Assembly (NCBI GenBank): GCA_964035575.1
Contig: OZ037839.1
Location: 1,426,001 to 1,490,000 of the forward strand
Direction of reading: 5' to 3'
From: Rhynchopus sp. YZ270_cl-10
Lineage: Eukaryota
DNA length: 64,000 nucleotides
The position numbers and the translations under genes were made by a program. This document shows, piece after piece, positions 32,662 to 43,900 of this stretch. Under the pieces are notes generated by a model that was not told where the DNA came from, did not search any database, and saw only the letters and a program-made list of their open reading frames with translations. Position 1 is the stretch's first letter. Each line of letters opens with the position of its first letter.

Positions 32662-35600
32662 ATGCTGCGCGCATGCTTGGCAGCGCTGCTGTGTGTAAGC
32701 ACGGAGGCACACATCATGACGGTGTGCTCTTCACAGTCAGAGGCGCAGCCTGGCTTCGTCACCCTCTGGTTTGCAACGTATCACTCGTACACTGAGACGG
32801 ACAGGACATCTGTGCTCAAGGTTGTGGACCCAGAGAGCGGTGCGCACCTCAGCACAACCGACTTCCAGTCCTGCAGGGCGACGAACAACAACAGAAACGT
32901 GGACGACATTGCGGACGTCTTGCAAAGCTCCTGCAGTCACATCTCCCTGTATCTGGACGGCGCATATCGCCAGGCCTTCCCTAACAGCAGCAGCGTGGCG
33001 TGCTACCAATCAGGCACAACTGCCCGTCTCGGTGAGATTAGGGTTGGCGACGATTCTCTTGAAGTGTGCTACACCGCAAGCAATTTCAACTCGTGGCATG
33101 CTGCAATCGTGAAGGCAGACAACGTTGGTGAGCACGAGGTGTGGATTGACGGCAGTCCCAACACCAGCGCATCACCACTCAGTGCGACGGGGAAATCACA
33201 CGAATCACACATGCCTTGTGCGATGTCGAGCTCTGTGCACTGGATCCTGCCTTTTGTAGACCAGAGCACAAGTTGCTCGTCGCCTCCTGCACACCTGCTT
33301 GACCACGTCGTGGATCACAACTGTAGTAATTCTTACGCCGGACAAATCTGTTCTGTGGAGTGCGAGCCTGGGTACGCAACACAGGGAGTTCTGCAGTGTG
33401 AGCGCGCAAACAGTAGTAGCGAGACAGGCGAGGGCGAGTGGTCGTCGTCGTCGTTTGCTTGTGTGCCGTACGCTTCTGACGCACCAACCACACGTGCACC
33501 TGGCGTGAACTACGTCTGTGACGAGCACAACGACCTGGGGGATACTGAGACTGGGAACGTGAGCTTTCAGAACTACGAGAGGTACCACACGGAGTGCTGG
33601 CACATTGAGTGTGACAAGGATGTTGTCATCTCGTTCTCCACCATGCAGCTGTATTCCTATTCCTACCTGTACCTGTACACAGGGAAGGATTCTGGAAATG
33701 GAACCGACTTCACCTTGGAGAAGAGATTCAGTTCACGGGACAGTCCCATAGATATTGTACTGAACGGTTCTGCGTATGTGCAGTTCAGAGGTGCGTACCT
33801 CAGTGGGTGGTCGAAGCTTGAGTTCAACTACGTGTGTGTAGCCGCGACCACTCCAGCACCACCCACAGATGCACCAACCACACGTGCACCTGGTGTGAAC
33901 TACGTCTGTGAGGAGCACAACGACCTGGGGAACAATGAGACTGGGCACGTGAGCTTTGTGAACTACGACAGCTACCACACGGAGTGCTGGCACATTGAGT
34001 GTGACAAGGATGTTGTCATCTCGTTCTCCACCATGCAGATGTACTACTCTACCTCCCTGGACCTGTACACAGGGAATGTTACCGTAAATGGAACAGAATT
34101 CACCCTGGAAAAGGGCTTCGAGCACAACGACAGTCCCATGGATGTTGTGCTGGGTGGTTCTGCGTATGTGCAGTTCAATAGCAATTCCAGCTCCGGATTG
34201 TCAAGAATTGAATTCGACTATGTCTGTGTCGATGCGACCAGTCCAGCACCATCCACAGATGTGCCGGTCACACGCGCACCTGGTGTGAACTACCCCTGCG
34301 AAGAGCACAACGACCTGGGGAACAATGAGACTGGGAACGTGAGCTTTCAGAACTACGACAGGTACCACACGGAGTGCTGGCACATTGAGTGTGACAAGGA
34401 TGTTGTCATCTCGTTCTCCACCATGCAGATGTACTACTCTACCTACCTGTACCTGTACACAGGGAATGTTACTGGAAATGGAACAGACTTCACCATGGAA
34501 AAGAGCTTCAACAGTTACGCCAGTCCCATGGATGTTGTGCTGAACGGTTCTGCGTTTGTGCAGTTCAGAAGCACTTGGTACGGCGGGTGGTCTAAACTTG
34601 AGTTCGACTACGTCTGCGTGGATGCGAATAGTCCAGCACCACCCACAGATGTGCCGGTCACACGTGCACCTGGTGTGAACTACCCCTGTGAGGAGCACAA
34701 CGACCTGGGGGACGCTGCTGCTGGGAACGTGAGCTTTCAGAACTACGACAGCTACCACACGGAGTGCTGGCACATTGAGTGTGACAAGGATGTTGTCATC
34801 TCGTTCTCCACCATGCAGATGTACTCTGGAACCAACCTGTACCTGTACACTGGGAAGGATTCTGGAAATGACACACACTTCACCTTTGAAAAGAGATTCG
34901 CCCCACACCTCAGTGCAGTGGATGTTGTCCTGAGCGGTTCTGCGTTTGTGCAGTTCAGAAGCACTTACTACAACGGTTGGTCGAAACTTGATTTCAACTA
35001 CGTGTGTGTGGATGCGATCACTGACGCACCGCCCACAGCTGCGCCACGCACACCTGCACCTGGTGTGAACTACCCCTGTGAGGAGCACAACGACCTTGGG
35101 GACGCTGCTGTCGGGAAGGTGACGTTTCAGAACGATGAAAACTACCACACGGAGTGCTGGCACATTGAGTGTGACAAGGATGTTGTCATCTCGTTCTCAA
35201 ACCTGCAGCTTTTTGCCTCGTGCTTCCTTGACCTGTACACAGGGGAGGAGTCGGGAAATGGAACAGACTTCACCTTGAAGAAGAGCTTCGATAGGTACGA
35301 CAGTCCAGTGGATGTTGTGTTGGGTGGTTCTGCGTATGTGCAGTTCAGAAGCAATTACTACAGCGGGTGGTCAAGACTTGAGTTCGACTACGTGTGTGTG
35401 GATAGGACTACTGAGGCACCATCCACACGTGCACCTGGCGTGAGCTACATCTGTGAGGAGCACAACGACCTGGGGGATACTGAGACTGGGAACGTGAGCT
35501 TTCAGAACTACGACAGCTACCACACGGAGTGCTGGCACATTGAGTGTGACAAGGATGTTGTCATCTCGTTCTCCACCATGCAGATGTACTCTGGAACCTA

Positions 35601-38600
35601 CCTGTACCTGTACACAGGGAAGGATTCTGGAAACGACAAACACTTCACCTTTGAAAAGAGATTTGCCTCATGGGACAGTGCCATGGATGTTGTGTTGAGT
35701 GGTTCTGCGTTTGTGCAGTTCAAAAGCAATTATCCCTCCGGATGGTCAAGACTTGATTTCAATTACGTGTGTGTGGATGCGACCACTCAAGCACCACCCA
35801 CAGATGTGCCGCCCACACGTGCACCTGGTGTGAACTACCCCTGCGAAGAGCACAACGACCTGGGGGACTCTGAGACTGGGAACGTGAGCTTTCAGAACTA
35901 CTACTACCGTACGGAGTGCTGGCACATTGAGTGTGACAAGGATGTTGTCATCTCGTTCTCCACCATGCAGCTATCCTACACTGCCACCCTGGACCTGTAC
36001 ACAGGGGAGGAATCGGGAAAGGAAACACACTTCACCTTGGAGAAGAGCTTCAGTTCATACGACTACAGGCCCGTGGATGTTGTGCTGCACGGTTCTGCGT
36101 TTGTGCAGTTTAGAAGTGTTAGCTACTGGGGGTGGTCAAGACTTGATTTCAACTACGTCTGCGTCGATGCGACCACTCCAGCACCACCCACAGATGCACC
36201 AACCACACGTGCACCTGGTGTGACCTACGTCTGTGAGGAGCACAACGACCTGGGGGACAATGAGACTGGGCACGTGAGCTTTGTGAAGTACGGAAGCTAC
36301 CACACGGAGTGCTGGCACATTGAGTGTGACAAGGATGTTGTCATCTCGTTCTCAAACCTGCAGCTGTACTACTATTCCTACCTGTACCTGTACACTGGGA
36401 ATGAGTCCGAGAACGGCACAGACTTCGACTTGCGGCGTGTGTACCAGTACGGTCAGGGCACCCCACATTACGATATTGTGTTGAGCGGTCCTGCGTTTGT
36501 GCAATTCAGAAGCACTTCCTACAGCGGATTGTCAAGACTTTCCTTCGACTACGTGTGTGTGGACGCGACCACTGAGTCACCATCCACATCCACAGATGTG
36601 CCGAACACACGTGCACCTGGCGTGAGCTACATCTGTGAGGAGCACAACGACCTGGGGGATACTGAGACTGGGATCGTGAGCTTTCAGAACTACGACAGCT
36701 ACCACACGGAGTGCTGGCACATTGAGTGTGACAAGGATGTTGTCATCTCGTTCTCCACCATGCAGATGTACTCTGGAACCTACCTGTACCTGTACACAGG
36801 GAAGGATTCTGGAAACGACAAACACTTCACCTTTGAAAAGAGATTTGCCTCATGGGACAGTGCCATGGATGTTGTGTTGAGTGGTTCTGCGTTTGTGCAG
36901 TTCAAAAGCAATTATCCCTCCGGATGGTCAAGACTTGATTTCAATTACGTGTGTGTGGATGCGACCACTCAAGCACCACCCACAGATGTGCCGCCCACAC
37001 GTGCACCTGGTGTGAACTACCCCTGCGAAGAGCACAACGACCTGGGGGACTCTGAGACTGGGAACGTGAGCTTTCAGAACTACTACTACCGTACGGAGTG
37101 CTGGCACATTGAGTGTGACAAGGATGTTGTCATCTCGTTCTCCACCATGCAGCTATCCTACACTGCCACCCTGGACCTGTACACAGGGGAGGAATCGGGA
37201 AAGGAAACACACTTCACCTTGGAGAAGAGCTTCAGTTCATACGACTACAGGCCCGTGGATGTTGTGCTGCACGGTTCTGCGTTTGTGCAGTTTAGAAGTG
37301 TTAGCTACTGGGGGTGGTCAAGACTTGATTTCAACTACGTGTGTGTGGACGCGACCACTCCAGCACCACCCACAGATGTGCCGGACACACGTGCACCTGG
37401 TGTGACCTACGTCTGCGAGGAGCACAACGACCTGGGGGACAATGAGACTGGGCACGTGAGCTTTGTGAAGTACGGAAGCTACCACACGGAGTGCTGGCAC
37501 ATTGAGTGTGACAAGGATGTTGTCATCTCGTTCTCAAACCTGCAGCTGTACTACTATTCCTACCTGTACCTGTACACTGGGAATGAGTCCGGCAACGGCA
37601 CAGACTTCGACTTGCGGCGTGTGTACCAGTACGGTCAGGGCACCCCAGATTACGATATTGTGTTGAGCGGTCCTGCGTTTGTGCAATTCAGAAGCACTTC
37701 CTACAGCGGATTGTCAAGACTTTCCTTCGACTACGTGTGTGTGGACGCGACCACTGAGGCACCACCCACAGATGCGCCGACTACACGTGCACCTGGTGTG
37801 CAGCACGTCTGTGAGGACCACAACGACCTGGGGGACAATGAGACTGGGAACGTGAGCTTTCAGAACTACGACAACTACCACACGGAGTGCTGGCACATTG
37901 AGTGTGACAAGGATGTTGTCATCTCGTTCTCCACCATGCAGCTGTACTACTATTCCTACCTGTACCTGTACACTGGGAATGAGTCCGGCAACGGCACAGA
38001 CTTCGACTTGCGGCGTGTGTACCGGTACACTGACGGCACCCCAGATTACGATATTGTACTGCACGGTTCTGCGTTTGTGCAGTTCAGAAGCACTTACTAC
38101 AACGGGTGGTCAAGACTTTCCTTCAACTACGTGTGTGTGGACGCGACCACTGAGGCACCACCCACAGATGTGCCGACTACACGTGCACCTGGTGTGCAGC
38201 ACGTCTGTGAGGACCACAACGACCGGACAGGCACTGGGTACGAGAACCTCGAGAACACTAGAAGCTATTACACGCATTGCTGGCACATTGAGTGTGATTA
38301 CGACGTTGTGCTCAAGTTCTCTGACCTTGAGCTGTACTACTATTCCTACGTGTCTATCTACAGCTCAGAGTACGGGAGTGGGAACGACACAGACTTCAAC
38401 TTGGAGCATGAGTGGTCCTCGCGTACCTCCGGCGTAGAAGGCGTGGAGATTGTGGTGCGTGGTTCTGCGTTTGTGCAGTTCAGAAGCACTTACTACAACG
38501 GGAGGTCGTACCTTGCCTTCCAGTACGAATGCAGAGCGCCGACACCTCCTCCACAGCCGCATTGTGGGGTGGCTGATACAGTGCCACAACGTTGCGGGCG

Positions 38601-39534
38601 CGGGACGTCGCGTGCGTGTGCATTTGAGGTGAGACACCCTGCAGGACTGCTGTCGGTGGCGTTCTCGTGGGACGGACGTCGTGTGGCGACAGGGTCAGCA
38701 GACCGTTTTGTGCGTGTGTTTGACGCACGCACGGGTGTGCGGGTGGGACAGCTGGGCTGTGCAGACGGCTTCAGGGTGCACGACATTGCGTTCTCGCCAG
38801 ACAACAACCTGGTGGCGCTTGCTGGGGAGGGCGGGCGTGTGGTTGTGTGCGACGCTGCGACAGGTGTGCTGGAGGCAACCCTGGTGGACATGTCTGCATC
38901 GGGGAGCACACCTGTGCACCGTGTGGAGTTCACGAAGGACGGGCGCTACGTGGTGAGCGGGGGTGGACATGATGCACGCACACGTGTGTTCGACATGCAC
39001 TCATCGGACAAGACGAAGGCGTCGTCTGTGATCAACCACCATGCACGCAACGTGGGGTTCTCTGTGGACGGTGCACACCTTGCGACAGTGCGCGGGTCTG
39101 AGGTGGACGAGGTGACGACTGTGTGGAGGCTGGATGGGGTGGCGTCTGCTGTTGAGCTTCCCTCTGTGAGTGCACGTGTGACGGCACTGTCCTTCTCGTC
39201 CTTTGGTGGGAACGCGCTCCTGCGTGGGATGAGCGACGGGACGATCCTTGTGTCGCAGCTGCCCGGAAGCTCGATTGGTGACGGCAGTGCTGTGGACGGT
39301 GTGTCTCTGAGCATGCTGTCGGGAGCTGTGCACGACAGCAAGTTCTCACGCGACGGGAAGATGATTGCTGCTGTGGGCGAGGGTGACGTGACGGTGTGGT
39401 CGCACGACGGGTCTGTGCTGCACGAGCTGCTGGGACACTCGCAGGCTGTACTGCCACGCCTGGACTTCTCCCCCGATGGCACACGCCTGGCAACTGTGAG
39501 CCGTGACGGCACCCTTGTGGTGTGGAAGCTGTGA
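32662..39534 (+). CDS. Secreted CUB-like-repeat + WD40 protein, paralog 2 (13 CUB-like repeats)
   Basis: 2290-aa ORF with the same start, N-domain and near-identical C-terminal part as 18510-22268. 13 C(D/E)(E/D)HND-initiated repeats. Repeats 6-8 are duplicated as 9-11 (offset about 1182 bp). Confidence 0.88.
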   Translation: MLRACLAALLCVSTEAHIMTVCSSQSEAQPGFVTLWFATYHSYTETDRTSVLKVVDPESGAHLSTTDFQSCRATNNNRNVDDIADVLQSSCSHISLYLDGAYRQAFPNSSSVACYQSGTTARLGEIRVGDDSLEVCYTASNFNSWHAAIVKADNVGEHEVWIDGSPNTSASPLSATGKSHESHMPCAMSSSVHWILPFVDQSTSCSSPPAHLLDHVVDHNCSNSYAGQICSVECEPGYATQGVLQCERANSSSETGEGEWSSSSFACVPYASDAPTTRAPGVNYVCDEHNDLGDTETGNVSFQNYERYHTECWHIECDKDVVISFSTMQLYSYSYLYLYTGKDSGNGTDFTLEKRFSSRDSPIDIVLNGSAYVQFRGAYLSGWSKLEFNYVCVAATTPAPPTDAPTTRAPGVNYVCEEHNDLGNNETGHVSFVNYDSYHTECWHIECDKDVVISFSTMQMYYSTSLDLYTGNVTVNGTEFTLEKGFEHNDSPMDVVLGGSAYVQFNSNSSSGLSRIEFDYVCVDATSPAPSTDVPVTRAPGVNYPCEEHNDLGNNETGNVSFQNYDRYHTECWHIECDKDVVISFSTMQMYYSTYLYLYTGNVTGNGTDFTMEKSFNSYASPMDVVLNGSAFVQFRSTWYGGWSKLEFDYVCVDANSPAPPTDVPVTRAPGVNYPCEEHNDLGDAAAGNVSFQNYDSYHTECWHIECDKDVVISFSTMQMYSGTNLYLYTGKDSGNDTHFTFEKRFAPHLSAVDVVLSGSAFVQFRSTYYNGWSKLDFNYVCVDAITDAPPTAAPRTPAPGVNYPCEEHNDLGDAAVGKVTFQNDENYHTECWHIECDKDVVISFSNLQLFASCFLDLYTGEESGNGTDFTLKKSFDRYDSPVDVVLGGSAYVQFRSNYYSGWSRLEFDYVCVDRTTEAPSTRAPGVSYICEEHNDLGDTETGNVSFQNYDSYHTECWHIECDKDVVISFSTMQMYSGTYLYLYTGKDSGNDKHFTFEKRFASWDSAMDVVLSGSAFVQFKSNYPSGWSRLDFNYVCVDATTQAPPTDVPPTRAPGVNYPCEEHNDLGDSETGNVSFQNYYYRTECWHIECDKDVVISFSTMQLSYTATLDLYTGEESGKETHFTLEKSFSSYDYRPVDVVLHGSAFVQFRSVSYWGWSRLDFNYVCVDATTPAPPTDAPTTRAPGVTYVCEEHNDLGDNETGHVSFVKYGSYHTECWHIECDKDVVISFSNLQLYYYSYLYLYTGNESENGTDFDLRRVYQYGQGTPHYDIVLSGPAFVQFRSTSYSGLSRLSFDYVCVDATTESPSTSTDVPNTRAPGVSYICEEHNDLGDTETGIVSFQNYDSYHTECWHIECDKDVVISFSTMQMYSGTYLYLYTGKDSGNDKHFTFEKRFASWDSAMDVVLSGSAFVQFKSNYPSGWSRLDFNYVCVDATTQAPPTDVPPTRAPGVNYPCEEHNDLGDSETGNVSFQNYYYRTECWHIECDKDVVISFSTMQLSYTATLDLYTGEESGKETHFTLEKSFSSYDYRPVDVVLHGSAFVQFRSVSYWGWSRLDFNYVCVDATTPAPPTDVPDTRAPGVTYVCEEHNDLGDNETGHVSFVKYGSYHTECWHIECDKDVVISFSNLQLYYYSYLYLYTGNESGNGTDFDLRRVYQYGQGTPDYDIVLSGPAFVQFRSTSYSGLSRLSFDYVCVDATTEAPPTDAPTTRAPGVQHVCEDHNDLGDNETGNVSFQNYDNYHTECWHIECDKDVVISFSTMQLYYYSYLYLYTGNESGNGTDFDLRRVYRYTDGTPDYDIVLHGSAFVQFRSTYYNGWSRLSFNYVCVDATTEAPPTDVPTTRAPGVQHVCEDHNDRTGTGYENLENTRSYYTHCWHIECDYDVVLKFSDLELYYYSYVSIYSSEYGSGNDTDFNLEHEWSSRTSGVEGVEIVVRGSAFVQFRSTYYNGRSYLAFQYECRAPTPPPQPHCGVADTVPQRCGRGTSRACAFEVRHPAGLLSVAFSWDGRRVATGSADRFVRVFDARTGVRVGQLGCADGFRVHDIAFSPDNNLVALAGEGGRVVVCDAATGVLEATLVDMSASGSTPVHRVEFTKDGRYVVSGGGHDARTRVFDMHSSDKTKASSVINHHARNVGFSVDGAHLATVRGSEVDEVTTVWRLDGVASAVELPSVSARVTALSFSSFGGNALLRGMSDGTILVSQLPGSSIGDGSAVDGVSLSMLSGAVHDSKFSRDGKMIAAVGEGDVTVWSHDGSVLHELLGHSQAVLPRLDFSPDGTRLATVSRDGTLVVWKL

Positions 39535-39799
39535 GCATGCATGCTGCGTGATAGGTGCTTCGTTTCCTCTTGGGGCTGATTACGTTTCTGACATACGTTT
39601 TTTTTTTTTTTTTTTGTGTCTTGTTCATTGAAAATACTGCTAATATGTTGAGGCAAAAAAATACGTTATTATGTTTGTTTTGGAGGAAACTTTTGCGTTT
39701 TTCTTATGTGTCTATCAAATTCACTTTTAAATGTTTTTCTTCTTCGTGACTGAGCACGGGAGGCTTAGACTCATATCAGCGTATTCGTAAATCTCTGAC

Positions 39800-40340
39800 C
39801 AGGGATTACGCTCCACGTGTGGAACGTATGGAAATCCATACGTGAATTGTTTTTGATAAGGTGGAATCCATACGTGTCCATACGTGTCCATACGTAGGTA
39901 ATTTGGGTTTTTGGATTGGGGCTGGGGTGGGGTAGGTGAGGTGGGGCTCCGCCCCCACCTCTCACCTACCCCCTACAGAATTCTATTTGTAGGAGACAAT
40001 TTTCTATTTTACCGGAAAAGGAGCATGCAGCATGGCGAAAGAAAAAAGTAGCGTACTGTGCGCCTGCGGCGCTAGATTGCAATACACCCTTCCCATGACA
40101 TAATAGGCAATTTTAAGCGCAATTTTTAGAAATGTTGCGTACCGTGGCTTCGCCAGGAACATTTGGGTGCCATGACTGATGATTTCTCCAGTTCTTTGAA
40201 CTTTCACAGCCCTTCTCAACCAACTTTGTCAGGGAGAGCGCGCGCGAAGCGCGCGGTTTTTAATTGTTTTTGCTTAGAATTGTACGTGTTGAAAATCCAT
40301 ACGTACTTTTTTTATTTTTGGGGGAGCTGCGTAATCCCTG
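39800..40340. mobile_element. hAT-type MITE
   Basis: 12-bp TIR CAGGGATTACGC / GCGTAATCCCTG. Perfect 8-bp TSD TCTCTGAC (39792-39799, 40341-40348). Subterminal CCATACGT repeats. Confidence 0.93.
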
Positions 40341-40701
40341 TCTCTGACCGAAGATTTTTTTTAAGACAAAACTATGACTTAGGGAGTTCCCTTGTTCACC
40401 GACTCATATGCTTTGTATTTATTTTCCCCCACACCTGGGAAAGGCTCTTGGGCTCCCCAGTGAAGACACATGCACCACCCATTTCACCTCATGTTCCGAT
40501 TCCCTTTTTTATTTCGTGGTTGGTTTCTGTTACCTGATGCCAGATCTCTCCCCTCCCTGCCACTTTCCCTTATTCCTTGCTCGGCCACACACAAAAATGC
40601 TGTGTGGGTAAATATGTTTGGGAATGAATCCACTCTTTTTTTTTTATTGGTAATCAGGCAATACTAGCTGAGCTTTCCCGTGAGATGCAGGGACCCCCCT
40701 A

Positions 40702-40832
40702 GGCATACCCCCCGAAGAGAATTTCGAAGAGAATTTAATTTTTTTGTATTCGCCCTATATTCGGATCCGAATATAGGGCGAATATGGAAGAAAACAGGCG
40801 AATACGAAATTCGCCTTCGAGGTATGCGGCCT
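40702..40832. mobile_element. Short degenerate member of the GGCATAC family
   Basis: CCCCCCTA|GGCATAC left end, central palindrome TATTCGCCCTATATTCGGATCCGAATATAGGGCGAATA, decayed right end GGTATGC(GG)CC. Confidence 0.5.
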
Positions 40833-42695
40833 GGGATCCCGGGGTCCCGGCATAGTTTCCCAATACAGTGCTTTCTATTCTGTCGTTAATTGTTTTGCAT
40901 TGGTTTCTTTGTTTTGACCTATGTATCTAATCCAATGTGATGCGATATACAGTCTTACAAAAAGACGCGCAACTGACTGCGACAAACTCCGTCTCAACTA
41001 TTGTAGCCAAGGTTTCAAGAAGAACTGACAGCATTTAAGCTTACAGTCTCTGGCCTTTTACTCATCACTCTAAAAGCCCCCCCCCACCCTCCCTGGCCCA
41101 CCTGTTCAACTAGGCAGGATGCCTTCCAACACCCCCCTCTGTTTCTCTCCAACCCCACGTCTACAAAACTATTAAGCAAACTTAAACAGAGCACAAAGCA
41201 CCTTTCAAAACAAACAAAAAAATAGTGGAATTCATCTTCGGGTGTCTACACTAAAACAACCAAGTTTTCAAAAAAACATTTTCAAACCCCCCTGTTTTTT
41301 TTTTTGTTCGGAAATATATCACAGTCATTTGAGTCTTTTTTTTTCAAGGCTTTTTTTAAAAGGAAATGGAGTGCTCGAAGGGCCCGCAAAGTGTACCGTA
41401 AAGACTTTGTAAAAAACTCGCTTTGGCATGCGTCTGTAAGGACAGCCTTGACTGATACTTTCTGTATTAGCACACGATTGCCTCCCTGAAGGCTACGTAG
41501 CTACCTGAGTACAAAAAAAAAACTTGCGCTCCGATCAGAGGAGAGAGGCAATTCCTTCTGCTCGGTACCCACTACAAAAAGGGTCCGCTGTGATGAAGAC
41601 TAAAAGAAAACTTTTTACAATGAGGCTGGAGGAGAGGATTTTTTCCCTCAAATTCGCACCTTTTTTCGCTCTGTTTTTTTTGCAGCAGGTTTTCCCAACT
41701 TTACTGCATATAGACCGCACTTTACCTATCGGAAATAGTGTGAAAAAAAGCGTGAAAAAAAGTTGCGATACGAGCACGAAAAGCCCTTCTCAGGTGTGAT
41801 TTCCCCCCCCCCAAATTAGGTGTAAATTGGGTACTTCTTGGTTCCTTCTAGGGTATACACTGTAGCCCTATATAATCACACCAAGCTACATTTTTTTGTT
41901 TTTGGCCGGTAAAAAAAGGCTGGGGTCTAACTAAAGAGGTCGCGTGATTCGAGGCTTAAACAATGAAATACCACTACTCTTATCGTCGCTTTACTTATCC
42001 AATGATGGGGAGACGGCACCTGCCAATTTATTGGTCTGGCCCTCGGAACCTATCGAACCACCTCCGTTCTCTTGCGGTACGTCGCTCGACTGAGATGCGT
42101 TTTAGCACATTTTCAACTACTCTTTTTTTTAAAAGAGGTGACTAAGCACGGGAGGCTTCAGTTCATCTATAAATTTTTCTTTTTTTTTTTTTTTTTGGTT
42201 GTCATTTTTTATTGATCCCTCCTCTGCTATCAATTTGATGGCATATTGTTGAAATCCTGATTATTGTTATTTCAAACAGGGCGGAAGCTCTGTTTTTCTG
42301 ATTTCTGGATAGATCCGATCGGGTCAGATCTGGTAAAATCGAGGTAAAAAAAGATAGGCGCACGAAAGTTGGAAACAAAAACAAAACAAAAAAAAAATTC
42401 CTAAACGCTCAATACCCTACAACGTGGTAGTCCCTTGCTCCCCTGCTCCCCTCACTGCGGAAAAAATGAAACAAATGAACAAAAAATAGTGAACTTTTGG
42501 AATGTGGAGAATGCACAAAACTGTGGCAACACAACCCGAGGCAACTCCACTCCAACAATTTATCAAAAAAGAAAAGAAAAAAGGTGGAAAGAAAACTCCG
42601 TCAGAGTTAAAAAAAACTTTCATTTTCTAGAGAAGAAAGATGGGAACATTTTTGTTGATCTCTATACCTATGCTTTCAATTTATTGAATGCATAT

Positions 42696-42935
42696 GGGGC
42701 AGTCCATAAAACCCCCTGCCTACAACCCCACCTAAAAAGTAACTTATGTGTAAATGAAATAACTTCTGGTTCTTCGGAATTTTTGCTCGATTTTTGCTCC
42801 TTTGAACTCAGAGTAAAGTTTCTGAGTTCGCAGGAGGAAAAATCGAGCAAAAATTCCGAGCAGAAGTTCTTTCATTTATACATAATACAAAAGGTTACCT
42901 TTTTAGGTGGGGAGGGGGGGTTTATGGACTGCACA
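42696..42935. mobile_element. Fold-back MITE (GCAGTCCATAAA ends)
   Basis: GCAGTCCATAAA..CCCC..CCCCACCTAAAAAG is inverted at about 42898-42932. Inner inverted repeat TCGGAATTTTTGCTCGATTTT. Confidence 0.7.
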
Positions 42936-43391
42936 CCACGGTGGATGACAGGGTGATTTGGTAGGTTCACATGATAGGATCCTTCATGTGAGCTATCATG
43001 TGTTCCTTATCATCCAGCGTGCTCCATATGTTGAAATACCATATTTCTGGAAAGTTTTCCGGATATTCCGATGAAATAAAGAGGGAGAAAAAACAACTGA
43101 GTACAAGATATTTCCCCAATAGGTGTAAGGTGATTGTCGATAGAAAAAAGAGTATCCCCTTCCCCACTCCTCCCTCATCCCCCACTTTTATTCGACTCTG
43201 TTTTGCGTTCACTGTGCTGAAAAAAAAGTACCAAACTTATGGTTGCAAACTATGTCACTAACTCACTAAGCTCTCACAAGATCTCACTGCCTGTTGCGTG
43301 TCTCACGGAGACGATCACAGATGGCCCAAGTATCTTCTGACAAAGTATAGCATGTATTTATCCGCGTAGAACCTTCCTTTTTGGGTGACGA

Positions 43392-43520
43392 CATGTGCAA
43401 CTGGAGCATCGTGTGGTTCTTATACCATGTACAGCTGAAAGCATCGAGTGGTTCTGTGGTTCTTATACCATGTACAACTGAATCGTGTGGTTCTCATACC
43501 ATGTACAGCTGAAAGCATCA
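43392..43520. repeat. Degenerate tandem repeat (CATGTACAGCTGAAAGCATCG..TGGTTCTTATAC), about 4 units
   Basis: Read directly. Confidence 0.7.
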
Positions 43521-43900
43521 TATGGTGCTCTATGATGAAGAGACCGCCCGTCTTCAAACCCAGCATGTCCAAACACGATACCGGTGTGTAATGATGTGCG
43601 TACGAGAGGCACATTCATTTTTCCTTCATTTTTTTCTCTCCCCCCGCGCTACTCACGTCTTACCCTTTGCACGATGAGCTCGACTGAGATGCACTTCTAG
43701 CACATTTCGACTTTCCTTGTTAGTCTGATTGACGCTGGCCTTGTGAGCGGTGAGAAACGGTTTAAATCGGTAGTAAACAGTGCCCACAAAAAAATGGCCC
43801 ACTTTTCAATCACCCTATTTTTGATCCTTTTCCCCCCCCTCTTTCCCCCTTCATATTCACTCTCATCACTTTCCTAGACCTCACCCCCCTCCCCTCCAAT

